From Laetmonice hystrix (Eukaryota), in contig OZ249442.1 in assembly GCA_965235115.1 (NCBI GenBank), positions 18,786,001 through 18,850,000 on the forward strand: a stretch of DNA of 64,000 nt, given 5' to 3'. Both the position numbers and the translations under genes were made by a program. The stretch's first letter is position 1. Every line of letters starts with the position of its first letter. The notes beneath the pieces were generated by a model. That model searched no databases, was not told the DNA's origin, and saw nothing but the letters and a program-made list of their open reading frames with translations. Shown here one piece after another: positions 46,501 through 60,010 of this stretch.

Positions 46501-49500
46501 CACCAGCCTGGCGTTATCAACCGTTTGACTGCAGGACCCTCCAAGTCTATTTCCCACTCAACATTTGCCATCCACCCAAAATCATTACTGAAGGCCAATT
46601 CTGACACCACAACGTGAAAAAATAAAGGGACAGTTGCCATTTAATGAAGAATTTATGAAGATCAATTATTTTCCCTGCACTGAAGACAATGATATATCTG
46701 TCTGACTTAGAGAGCTATCTTCATCCATTTACTCCTGATGGCATTCCACAGAGATCTATCATAGTGCTGGCATTGATTGACCTAAAAAATCTATGTCACC
46801 CAAAGGAGCTGAACCAACATCAAAATTGTTCTTACTGTAAGAGGCAGTGATGAAGGAGCCATCCCCGTGGCTGGTGCACGAAGGTGGGCTATACTAATCA
46901 TTCTATCATTAAAGCCTCAACCGCTAAAAGAATACCAGCTTTGAACACCTTTTTGTGAGGGAGAATATTTCTGGCAGCTTTTGATCACTGTTTTCTTTAT
47001 CATCAATAAGCGACTTGTTTCTGATGTACCTGACAATGAACAGAAAGACACAGGCAAATTATGTTCAGTCTTTGTTAGAGTTTAGTCACAACTCTGTTCT
47101 TAGGAGGAACTATATCCAAATGTTCCCTAAGAATTCCTTCACAAATGATACATATTGCTTCATTTCACCTCAATGTGCCATCATAGACAGCCTCGCCTGT
47201 ATGGACCTTTTTAAGGCTGCCTCTTTATTCGGGATTGTGTTTTTGCACATTTCTTCTGTTGGTCGTTTTTGCTCTTGTCTCCTGTTTGAATACGTTCATT
47301 AGTGCGTAAGGCAGGTGGGATGGGTGTACAAAAGCTCACACGAAATCTCTGGTTCATCTTGTTGCCTCAAAGAGCTCTGTATCAGACGGAACTGTAAAGG
47401 TGACGGCAGGCTGAAGGTGATGCAGTCATACACAGCCGAGATGTTAACGAGTAGAGAAAGATGACACCAGCTTTGTTTCCATCAAGCTTGCAATGTAAAT
47501 GACACAACTAAAAACCTACATTATTGGGATTCAAAAAGTCCCTGAATGAGGTTTAGATTCTTCTCACAGTTTCTCTCATAAAACACTTCCAATCGTGCTG
47601 ATCCCTCAAGACTGTTATCCCCAGCTGTCAACTTCATATCCTTATTTGAAAAATCTCCCATTTTTGTTGTTATGATCATTGGATATTGTCTTACTTCTTA
47701 TAATAAAGCAAGATTTGCTTGTCAAATCCGAACTCGAGTGGGTGTCGTATCTGAGAGAGACGCTTGAATTACAAGGGGGAAGGGGGGAGGGTTGTGGTTG
47801 AACTGCAATCCTGACATATTGGCTTGGTCTGCGCGGCTGACTGGCGTTTCAGCCCTGTGAGCATACACCCGTACTAAGTGGTGGACACCGGGCCCAGATC
47901 TTTCTGGTGCCGTAATCCCAATCTGTGCCCGCCCAACTCTGGGCCAGCGCGTTGTGGCACGCAGCGCCACTGAGCAGCCAAAGTTCCCGCCTGGAAAATT
48001 TGCGCAAAAGATGAAAGATCAGCCACGGGCTGATAAGGGCCTCGGGAATGAAGAGATTTTTGATGAAATGTCGTTAGCAGAGAAGCAGCAGCATAATTGG
48101 GAGGCCGTCCTGTGTACAAATGTTTTCCAATTTGGTGAAATCGCAGGCTGTCTGGTCATTACGGAGCACAGGTCAGCCCCGCGTGGCCTGGGGGTCCTTG
48201 TTCTGACCGCCGGCCCAATCCAGATGAACTGGCCGCAATATTGCACGAAATATTCATCTACGATGGCATGTTTACCAGGCTGGATCAACTCAAGCATAAT
48301 CCTTAATCTGCGGGCCGCGCTGCAATATTGACATTTTTCTCATTACCTTTATGCGTCGTCTTACCCCTGACTGACCTGGCTGTGGGGGCCATCGGTGCCT
48401 GTGACGCCTGGCCGAAATGACTGCCTTCCGACACTGACTTATCAAATATTTCATAAGCAATATGATGTGCATTGCTTCGGGTGGCTATTGCAGCCACATA
48501 GCTCTGGCACTCGGTGAGCACACTGGGCGCGAATTAATTATTTAAACTTTGACAAGTGCGTGTGGCCATGGCCTTGGGGACTATGTGGTTGTATGCATAA
48601 TGGCAAAGTGTGTAGATGGCAACTGGCCTCAAGGAGGGACAACGACATCGGCCCACATGTTGAATCACCAGGAATTAAGCAAGGCCGCCCCCTCTCACCC
48701 GTTCCTACCCCGATCTCTCTGTCAAGGCCATGGTCCGAATGCCAATACATCCTTTCCCTGACAACGTCCATGCTCCCCGTTTCCATTACATCACGGCGCG
48801 CCATAATCCACCATAACCCAGCGTCAACTGGACAGTTGACCGCAGACTGCCGACAAGCGAATTAAACACACAAAAACTATCTGCATGACGTCGTGGCCGG
48901 GAGCTACGTCCCCTCGGGCACACACGAACAGGTCAGGTGAGGTCAGAACAACCCACTGCTAGCCCTAGTAAACATTCAAATACGCCGTTATATAGCATGG
49001 TATTTAGCAAAGTGCTGACCCTGATGCTAACCAGCAAGACGTGTGCAGCCGGCAGCCTACAGCCGACCTCGAAAGACCAGCCTCTTGACCGCCATTCCCC
49101 AGCAGTCCGTTGTATATAATCCACTTTGGTGCCTGTGGTGGCTGCAGTGACATCTATGTGCCAAACCTTACACCACTACCACCATCAACTAGCAATGACT
49201 TCCTCATCAAGACGACTACCACTAATGAATAGGTAGGGCGTATGACGACACTTGTTCGCAATCCTGTAGTTTTTTTTTGTTTAGGATATTGTCACATTAT
49301 TTCTGATTTAGCCAGGTTCAGTTGGCACCGAGTACATCCACATTTCCTCAAAGGAATCTGAGATCAGCAGGCTAAGTGAGTTATGATTATGGGAAACAGA
49401 CCTATTTTAAGCGTAGTCAGCCTATATTCTGTCTCTTCTCGGGTATAATGGTATTTTGAAGATGATATACAGCTTTGAAATAAAGATGTTATTTAAATGT

Positions 49501-52500
49501 AGGCGGCCTAATCGTTCTCCAGAACCCAAGCCATAAGCTTTATAAGACGTAAGTAATGCCCAGAGACACAATGGAAGATATTATTTACATACATGCCTTG
49601 GTTAAGTAAACTTGGGGAATGAGCCGACCTATACACCCACATTGCCATGATGTAACCAAACCTGTCGGTCCAGTAACTTCTCTTGAATTGATTATTTTTT
49701 TCTCCTACACATTCATGCGGTCTCGTCTTGGGGCCTGCAGGGTGTGGGGATGATGTACCACTATGAGAATGATAGACCATTAATGTCATTTGATACCTGA
49801 CTCAAAACCACACCCTGACATGAGAACAGCCCAAGACGTCATCATAAAGTACATTCTACAAAACCATTGTTGATTTACCTGACAACCATTATATCTTAAG
49901 ATAAACCTATTTGCCAAGTAAACATTCTCCTAGATTTGATGACATTGCTACAGTGCAGTCGAATATCATTCTGTGTCGGTCCTCCCCCACTTGCTACACG
50001 TCGCCTGAACCGATGACACGACTTGTATGTACTTACTTTTGATACTATCAGGTTATTTTTGACCTCCTCTTCGTAAAGGTTCTCAAACCAGACTGTAATC
50101 GTCGACACGGCCCACCACGTGCTGGCGAGGCTGAAAAATGGCCCACATGGATTAGATCAGTTCATAATATATAAGTCATCGGTTAACTAATGGGAAAAAT
50201 ATACTAGTACATCGTTATCATCGAAAACTATTAAAAGACCAAAATTCACTTTCCACTACATGTACATCCGAATGTCACCGTTACGTGGGCATAATGGAAT
50301 GACACTCAGCTGGCCACTAAGTCACCTTTATCCAAGTTGCAGGTGAAGTATTGAAAGATTACATTCTGTTTGGCGTGAGTTACAAATGTGTTATATAAAC
50401 AAAGGAGGTGTATATTCGGACTGAGTCATGCAGCAGAGAACATGCAGAGAGGGCAGGGGGGCCTTCAATACTGGAACATGAGATCTCTGCCTCTCAACAA
50501 GGTCATGTGGGGTGCCTGTAGGCGAATTCAGTCACTAGAAGCCACTATGTCACTAACGTTGTCAGCTGGCCAACTCTGACAGATTCTGAATACTGGCAAC
50601 ATCACATAGAAAAAAAGCTCGAACCACAATTACACTGGAAAGGCGTCTACAGCGAACGCAAGAAACACACAGATACCATGTTTGTTTGCTGATGTCAATT
50701 GTGTTTCCAACAGAGAGAAGGGTAGAGTGGAACTGCGGTTTTTATGCATATTCAAATTTACAGTAAAAGCAGTGTTGCCCATGGAGTGGTTCCAAACAAA
50801 AGCTGGCGCCAAATGTTCACACCGGCCACGGGAGACAACCCTCGGAAACACGAGCCTCATAGGCCTAGGATTGCGGATGGTTGTATCTTTATACAGTCGG
50901 ATAATGATTTATCACTACCAAGAAATATAATCTTGATTTGAATCAGAAGAACTGAACATGCACCTTAAATCTCAACTTTCTGCTCCTGTATATCTTTCTG
51001 GGGCTCAGTATATTATGATGCTGCTTGCCAATATGAGCTGATGACAGACGAGATTTAAAATTCCTTGCGTGATATGAACTTCTACTCGCCATTAAATTGC
51101 TGTAATTACTTATTCGTTATAGAAGGCAAGATTTCCTTCACCCGATCTTCTCAAGTGAAACAATATCACCTGTCAATAACTTGCTACCGCAACTGAAGAC
51201 AATATGTTATAGGAATAACCTCCATAATGGGATTTTGTGTTTTAGCCTTCCCTTCTTTTCGACACCTGGAAATTGGAAATATTATATACACATTATATAT
51301 AGAGATCTTGTAGAATTGAGCGTATGCTCGTCTTGGCCTGGCTTGCTCTCCTGCTGTTACTGTAGACACGCCCCCCTTCCGTCCCGCTGACTGTTTAACC
51401 TAGTTCAGGGAGAGCACCGGCCTGCCATTTGCACCACTAGGAGGTTTGCTCCCTTGGGGACCCTTCACCAACTCCCAATTAAGATGAGAGAAGACATGAT
51501 AGTGGTAGATTCCAGCATGGTCTCGTGGTAAATCACACAGCTGTTAAAACAACGTGAAGTTAGGTCAGGGGGAAGCACCGCCTCAGGTGCCTACCTAGCC
51601 ACCGGGCTACCTCCCTGACCTGCCCTCATAGACCTGGGCGCTTTAATCAAACACACCTCTGGCGATGAGGACTTCAGCAAGCCAGTACCTGTCTACCGGC
51701 ATCTGGCTAGGGCTGACGGCAGGCAACTGCTATTTATATATACAAGCCTCACACCTTGGCATCTAACATCTGATCTTGTCCGGTCTCCCTGGTAAAGCGG
51801 TGATCATTTTTACCACCAGATACATTCCTTACATGCACACATGCTTTACACAAACACATAAATGTCTTATCTGGCAGCATCATGGTGCCTGCGGGGTTTC
51901 CTAGCCTGTGCTATTTCGTCCCTTTTTTCAAAGTCGGATATTACCGGTGATTTCAGTTAGGTTTTCTGTCGCTGAATTCAACTATAATTCACAATGTTAA
52001 ACTTCAAACCTGAGGGACTACGGGAAACCCTTGACTTGGTAGGCCGAAAGGGCTTTACACTATGGTTCAAATGGGATATTTGTGCGAGAGAAGTTTCCTC
52101 ACAGTTTGGCAGCATTCATTTAGTCTGTGAATATTCTGATATTTCAGAATTCCACAGTTAAGTCCTATAAATGGAATGCTCTCTTTCTAAGCAGGTCACG
52201 GAGTGTCGGTGGGCACCTTTGGTAAGGGTCTTGCTGTTTCTTTGTTGTCTTTGACTCTGTGTTGTTTTGCCCCAGTTTTCCCGCAATCTCCAACAAAAAG
52301 GAGGACATCATATATGTAATGGATGTTTAGATAACCCAATACCAGCAGTGTTGCCCAATTGAAATTAAGCACCTGCATAAAACTAATCCCAGCGCTGGAA
52401 GTCGGTATACCAGTTATTGGGTACACATTCCATAAGCCCTACACCTGAATAGTCGGCCAAGTTCACATATTCTCTAATAATGCGCCATTGACAGTCCCCT

Positions 52501-55500
52501 AGTATTCTTTTTCATCCATGGTTTCAGATTAAGACCAACCCGAGTTATGCCAGTCGTGCCTTCGTTTACCCACAGACACTTAATTCTCACCATGACACTG
52601 GCAATGACAGACGAGGAAATGCCTCATCAAAAAGGGCATCTTCATTAACAATGGCTGCATTGTGTAAGCAGGCAAGTGGGAGCAAACACAAGCAGCTGTA
52701 ACACTTTTTCATTTAAATCACATGCAAGCGTAGCCACGAGAAAACAGCCCGATGAAAGGATTTCTGTCTAACAATCTTCAACACAATCACCCTTGTTGTG
52801 TATTTCAAGACATTTAATCGACTTGACACCAGTCTTTTTTTCAGCACCACTCAGAATGAGTTATGTGTTCAATTGACACTTAAAATGCGAGCGAACTTTT
52901 TGAGGAACACACGGAGGTCCCTCCTAGCGAAAGTCAAAGAGCGGTCATGGAGGGAGGTCAATAGTGCAAAAAGAAATATTTGTTAACAAATACGGTGTTT
53001 TGCGTAAAATTGCCAATTCCAGGACGGTTTTATACAAACCGCGAGAATAACCGTGCAAGATTGTATTTCACGGTGACACCACTAAATGTTCTAATACGCC
53101 TTCTAACTACCGGGCTCTGGTGTTTTAAAGGCGGTTAAGGTCTTGATAACTATTTTACCGACCTTACCCTCCAACAAAAGTTTTTGATAAATTCCAAATG
53201 ATACCAAGGCCAACAAGAAAGGTCAAAGGCAACAGTTTCTTGTGTAGAGCCTACTGTAGGTTCTGTAACTGTCCACTACATAGTATTACGGCAAATGTAA
53301 AGTGTTTAATAACCTATCCTGAAGGTACTTTTTGATGAGGGCACTGGGAGAAGTCTCACCTAATTTGCGTCTTTACCCCGATCGGAACTGCGAGACTTAA
53401 TCCTTAGAAAAACACGTCCTTCATCTCCTCTAGACATCGTATGAATTACACATTTTGCAATTCCAGCTAACAGGGCTTTTTACTTCACAGCCACCAGAAA
53501 CTTTTGCAATTAGGCAGAAATGGCCGTCAGTAAATGCCAGGAGGTATTAGGTGAAGAATTAGTACAGCTGGTCCGTGCCCTCGCTGCATGCCCCTGGCCC
53601 CTGATGAAAGAACTGCACTTAAAAACATTTCCTTTCTGTGACATGGTTCTCATCGATCCTGAATCAGTTTGACACCTCGAACGACAAAGCTGAGGGAGAG
53701 ACCCCGAAGGGTCAACCGAACCCCGCTTCTGACCAATGTGGGTGATTGTCTTGGGCGAGGGGTGCATTGCCCTTTAATTACAAGAGACCCACTCTGAGAG
53801 AGCTCATTGACTTGCTGGCAAACGCTAATGCACATGGATTCCTTAATGTATTCATATCCATAAGCCTTGCTCCCTTCCCCTGTCCATTAGCCAAGTGGGA
53901 CCACGCTCAAAGGCTTCGAGCTTAGACAAATCATTTGGAGATATCTATACAGGAACGAAATAGTTATTACAATTCAAAATCTAAACGCAGTGGTTTAGAT
54001 GACTATCATGTCAGATATAAGGACTAAATGTTTATAACTGTAAAACAGCTAGTTACAGTTGGGTCAGCCAGTTGTCACCAGAGCCTTCTAGAGGGCCTTA
54101 TGTACCGTGAATCATTCCAGATTTATGATGGTTCTATACGGGAATTGGAGAATACAGCCAGCAGTAGGAGAATGCAGTACTAAATGCCTACACGGCCACA
54201 GTAGCCATTGCTGTTGCTTGGTAGCTGTCTCCGATAACTGCACTCAGATATCTACATAAGGGAGCATCACTATCAGTGACCGCTATGACCTTTGACCCGG
54301 TCGGACCCAAACTGCATCCAGCAAAACAGTTACTGTATGCAAATACTGCCAACACTTTTACCCTGATGTTTTGTGCCACATTATCTCAGTTGCCGCCAGC
54401 AGCCTAAAAACATAATGCAATCTGCATACCAAAACCCCATGAGATTAGGTGAGATTAATGAAATTAATACGAACAGTATGCTTTGTATAATCCAGCAACA
54501 TCAAGAGCGCCATGGGGGAGGGTTTTATGATGAGATAGGATGGTGACAGACCTTATCATGTCCCAGGAAACAATCTAGCAGCAATATATTTGTCTCAATT
54601 TCTTAATGCACTGGCTGTCCAAAATGATTTCACGGCTTAGAAAGGGGGTCTGACAACAGACATCCATAAAACAAAGTCGGCTCAGAAAAAAATATATATA
54701 CGTAATTATAGACTCATCAGTCTCTGCTGCGGCTTCTTGATAACATTAAGCTTTAACGTTGTTCTCTCGCTGCGCTTTCCCAAGAACAGGGAGAGGAATA
54801 AATGGGTGAAAATCATGCCCAAGAAGAGCAGAACTGCACAGGCATGAAACAAAAATAAATGGTAATTTTGATGTCCAATAATAGACAGAGATAATTGTGA
54901 CACTGCCACAGATGTTGAAAAAGTAGCATTGTGTTGTGTAAGAAGTTAAGTGTTATCTTATTCATCCAGTTATCTTGTATGACCTGCCAGTATGAAGGTT
55001 GTTTAGTGCTACCTCTCGTCACACAATTATCAGGCCTGGACAATTTACAGTTACCAGGCCAGGTCCTCCTCAATTCAAACATTATCACCAATTTACTTTG
55101 CAATGACATCCAGTTTACATGTGACTATCTTTAACCCGACCAGACAATCAGCAGTGTACATTATCGAAGCTCTTCCGCGGCATTGACCGGTAACAGTTTA
55201 TATCTTGACACCCATTAACAAAGGAAGATGCCCAGTTGTAAGCCGCACCACTCATAGATACAGCATACATTTTATTTTAAAGAACATCCGCTGCCAGATC
55301 ACTGTAGCAGTTCGAAAAAATATCTCATTTTCTTCCCAACTCAGAAACTGTTGGAGGATTAAGAAACTTATCAAACAAACAAAATACTCCTTTTTTTGTG
55401 ATACGGTTAGGAGTATCGAGTGGGAAGAAGCCAGTGGATCATGAAGTTGTGGAGAATGCCGGTTCTTTAAGGCTGCCTGCCTATCAGTCAATCAGACATA

Positions 55501-55995
55501 ACCCGGATTCACTTGACCGATTATTGTTCGCAGAACAATTATGGATTTGGTTTGGATGATCATTGAAATACACAATTATGTTATGACAGAAATGTATACC
55601 GAATTGGGATTCTTATTACATTTTAATGACCGATAGTTGCTTCTAGATTTGCGCCTTGGTTGCACTCATAGCTCTATATACATGTATATATTTCTCGGGA
55701 AGATGAGGAATCTAAAATTGACTCTAAAATATGAATTATAGCCAGAAATAAGTGTCTCCTAGGTCAGTGTTATATGAACCAAGGATCAAATTTAACATTG
55801 TACTCTTCAGGAGACGGACTCCTGCCAGATGACACCTTGCCAAATTGCAGTATACCACCAATAATCAAAAAAGGACGTACATTTAATGAGACTTCTCAGA
55901 ACCAACGGAACATTACATTATTTACAGGTGATGCCTGCCCCTCGGGCCGCCTGGAGACACATGGCCGAGTCCTCGGAACGGGCTCATGATTTGGA

Positions 55996-56009
55996 CCACC
56001 AGGGGGCAG
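55996..56009 (+). promoter_or_regulatory. CTCF binding motif (perfect core)
   Basis: CCACCAGGGGGCAG; 14/14 match to CCRSYAGRKGGCRS. Confidence 0.6.
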
Positions 56010-56702
56010 GGCGGTGCAGAAAGGATACACTATTGGTGGGTCACGACTACGCCCAAAAACCTCTCCAGGGCAGGAACATGTTCCTAGCTGTTTTCAACAT
56101 CTCTTATCCGTCATATTAATGCCTTTAAATAGGGCGAGTTCTGCCCAGACGTTTAGTCTATTTCAGACACTTTAAAAAGTCAGATGAGATTGCAACTCTT
56201 CATTAGGTCAGATGAGACTATCGGGTTTTTTATAACAGCTGACCTAATTCTCCAGATTGTTAGTCTTTATGTTATGGCAGCTATTGACACCTCAATGAAA
56301 CCGAAATGTGTGAAAAAAGTTATAAATGGATCAAAAAGGTCATACCTCTCCGGGTCTGTACTGGTTGGTGTTGACCTTCATGGGCAAAATGAAATGACGG
56401 GAAACCTGACCATCAATGAGTACTGTATAGGCGTTAGTGTATTGTACCGTTACAACGGGTAACTAACAACTCTATGTGGGTAACCTGACAGCACGCTGCT
56501 CAACAAACCTCTAATATTGTACAATGTAATCTAGGGCAGGAACTTCTAAAGATTATTCTGAAATATTGTTTTCCATGTAGAAAACGAGTAAAATTGTATG
56601 CCCTCTGAGACCATTTCATGGAGAATAGCTCTCAGTAAATAGCGCTCAGTAAATAGCCTCTGTTCGGGGAGTTTGTAATCTATGCTGCTTGAATCATGAT
56701 GG

Positions 56703-56716
56703 TCGGTAGATGGCAG
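56703..56716 (+). promoter_or_regulatory. CTCF-like binding motif
   Basis: TCGGTAGATGGCAG followed by CAC; 13/14 match, 700 bp from the perfect site and in the same orientation. Confidence 0.45.
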
Positions 56717-59700
56717 CACTTTCTCACACCCCAAATAACAACCCCGACTTTGAAGTTGAAAAAAAAGAGTATCTCGAGGGACTTTTTAATAGTGCTGGAC
56801 ATTACCTTCATGGTACTGTTTGTAACTTCAAATATTGGAGAAAATGGTTATTTAGACCTATACAATGTTTCTAGGAAAAGGATCTTTGCCGCTTCAGAAC
56901 ATAAAAAACAAAAACAAGAAACTACGTTATTAATAAGAACAGAGAACAGGGTAAAGAAATAGGTTTAAAACAATAAAATATTTGCCTCTATGAGTTTCCT
57001 ATATTTGCTATTGGTAACATACGCATGTCGACGTTACTTGGCTCTCTAAAACCTCTCACAATTCTTGTGCATGAGAGTGCCTTTTGGTAGACGGCTGCAG
57101 TGGCAGTGCTTGGGGTGTCACGTGTCCATGATAGGGAGCCGGACTGGCTTCCAGCGCCACAACTTCGATCATTATGCGTGTGTTGTAATTACGAGGTCAG
57201 GCCGACTGGCCCCAAGGGTCATTTCCACACTTTGTGAAGCATGCATTCTGTCGCCTGCCCCATATTAAGACAGCCTTTGAGTGAGACCCACCTCGGGGAG
57301 TAGAAGCAAGCAGCCTGGGGACTGGCCCACACTGCCTGGCTCATTCTGACCTCTTCCTCACCCAAACCACACACCCCTAACACATACACCGAGTAATTAA
57401 GAAACCAGACACATGGCAGGCATTGGCTTTCCTCATGCCTGCTGCAAATGACCAACTTTTGTTCTCCTCTTGTCGGGTCCTTCTGGCCTGCCCCTCCTGA
57501 CCACCCAACCTTTCTCCTCCCAGTCCTGTCTCCCTGCAAAGCAGACATCAAACGGCAGATTGGGGCTTTCCTGCATGCTCTTATTTTTCTCCACGTCTCC
57601 ATTATTGAGGCTGTGCTAATTATGACTGAGCAGACAGTGGAGGCTTCACTGGTTGCCGTGACTTGAGCACAAGACACATCCACAGCATTCCTAACGAGTG
57701 TCCATGGAAATTGCTCCTCACAGCTGACACGAAGGCCCGCACAACTCCCACCCCTTTTCATTATGCCACCAATTTCGTCACTGTCTGTGCTGGCCCAGGG
57801 AAAAAGGGAAAATCAAACAAACATTAATATATCGATCTGGCTACAGAAATTGTGTGCTTTGCTTGCAACTGGGCCCAAGTGACACTTAGAATTTGACTTC
57901 TTCTTGGTGGCAAGGGCCTTAAGGCCATGGTGAAGGTCTGTCATCTTAAAGGCCCAGAGTCATCCACCGAAGTCAATCACTCTTAATTCCAGGCCATGGC
58001 AACCCAGTTATATTCTACTACCCTTTCATTTCTATTTTTGTTGGCCTGCGTGTTGTGGCATTTATTTTATTTTTGTTAAACATTATTTTCCTTGTTTCGT
58101 TTTGTATTTTTGGGGGAACATGAAACATAGTGCGGAGACAAGCGCAGTTGCGGGTTTGGTAAGAGTGTAAAGGGAGCATTATGTACGATACATGATATCA
58201 GAAAACACATGAAATGTAAGCTCAGCCCAATGGCTGGCCTGGCGAGCTGGGGAGGTGTATAATTGTTGGTAATCGTCATCATTCGGGTGCTTTTAGCACA
58301 CGTGCAGTGTGAGCACAGTGGCGCACAGGGTCTGATCATCCTGCTCATGCCCTCATTACTGCAGACAGTTGGGGTGTTGAGTGACTCGGGGCCATGTAAC
58401 CAGAGCTCCTGCTCAGCCAAAGAAGCATGCCCTCTCAGCTAGCCAATTAATAATTTTCAGCTCTGCGTCTGAGAATATATTTCCATTTGGCTGCCTTCTT
58501 GGAACAGACAGGAGGCACACACTTACTTATGAAGCCTCGGATATAGTTTCGGCCAGCGACTGGTTTCTGTCCCAGAACAATAATTGCCAACATGAGTGTA
58601 CATATACCGTGGTGTGTGTATGTGTGTGCCGACAATGTGGTCACTCTGCGCCACCTTCCATACGGTACCTGGACACATCACCCTCCCGGCAGTCAAGTAT
58701 TGATGATTTATTGATAAATGGCTCAGCTTATATCATGCTGGGCTGCAGCTCGTCTGTATGTATGATGAAACTGTCTGGCACTGTCAAACTCGCAGCCACT
58801 AGATAGCTTGGAACCAAACTGGTGTGCCAGGATTCCGCTACAGTCCTCGGTCGGGTCAGCTATCACGGTTAATTGATGATTCTTGCTGGCTGTTTTCATG
58901 ACATGAATAATTCTTCTTGGTGTATCTTTGGCACTCACATATCAACTTTTAAAGAATGTCGCCGAGGCCGTTATTCGTGGATCCATCTTTTAATAATTAG
59001 TCATTCATTTCTGTAGGCGTGAGAACTTGCATTGACTCGTGGGATGCTGGGTTAACCTGCCTGTCAAACAGATCAACACTTCCGGGCCTTGGCACGGATT
59101 CTGTGCCTCCATTCAAACGTCCCTCTGCATCACACCATCCGCTTTTGTTTGTTTACATTGCAAGTATGAAATAACCTCAGGATTAAATACACAATCTGGG
59201 TATACATGTACATAAAAACTGTAAATGTCACGTCTTGCTGTCATGTCTTACAAAAACTCTTGATTCATTTTCGCGTCCATAAAGACCTTCCGATTCATCC
59301 AAAATGAACTCCCAGGTCCTTTTTGTAGTCACATTCAAATCCAAAAGAAAGGCACATTTCATGGAAATAATTAAAGGTTAGGAATCACTTTCCTATTTGT
59401 GTGGAGTGATGATAAGTTCCAACCTTTAATAAAGAAGCCATTAAAAAGTCGTATTAAAATTAGCTCCTCAGTGCCATCTTTCTTAAGACCTGTCAGCTTT
59501 TATTGTTCCCTGATGATATATTGAAAAGTTGACACCATTAAACTTAACGGCTGCTGCTATGAGAAAAGCAGGTTGTCTATCATTCGATCACTGACGACCT
59601 TAATCACTGTGGTCATGTAAGAAAAGAACTGATAACAAAGACAAGTACATGTAAATTTCCTGTTCACTGCATGTATCAGAGTATAGTCAAAATGTCTTGT

Positions 59701-59798
59701 AAAGATTTGTTTCCCCGCTGGATATATTTAATGATGCCCATCAGTCCTGGTACCTGGTAGTAGACACCTCAAGTAATGACCGGAGCTTCTTAAAAAAG

Positions 59799-60010
59799 GA
59801 CCTTTGACATGACAAGTGTTGGTTAGCGCTCCAAGATGGTATAGTAGTTTGTGTGCATGAGGATCTTTCACATGGCAAGTGTTAGCTGGCACTCCAAGAT
59901 GGTGACTAGAAAAAGTGGAGTTTGTGTGACTGAGGATGTTTCATATGGCAAGTGTTAGCTGGCGCTCCAAGATAGTGACTAGACTAGTACTTTGTGTGAA
60001 TGAGGACCTT
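59799..60010. repeat. Three-copy tandem repeat, periods 63/73/70 bp
   Basis: GA(C/T)(C/G)TTT...CAAGTGTT...CTCCAAGAT...TTTGTGTG...TGAG recurs at 59799, 59862 and 59935, with a partial fourth start at 60005. Confidence 0.9.

Noticed and set aside
57219-57761. 180-aa minus-strand ORF
   Set aside because: No recognisable domain, Cys/Trp/Arg-rich random-like composition in a GC-richer island, no supporting splice sites.
30420-58720. Enrichment of Hox/Pbx TGATTTAT sites (about 6 seen)
   Set aside because: Close to the number expected by chance in AT-rich DNA of this length.
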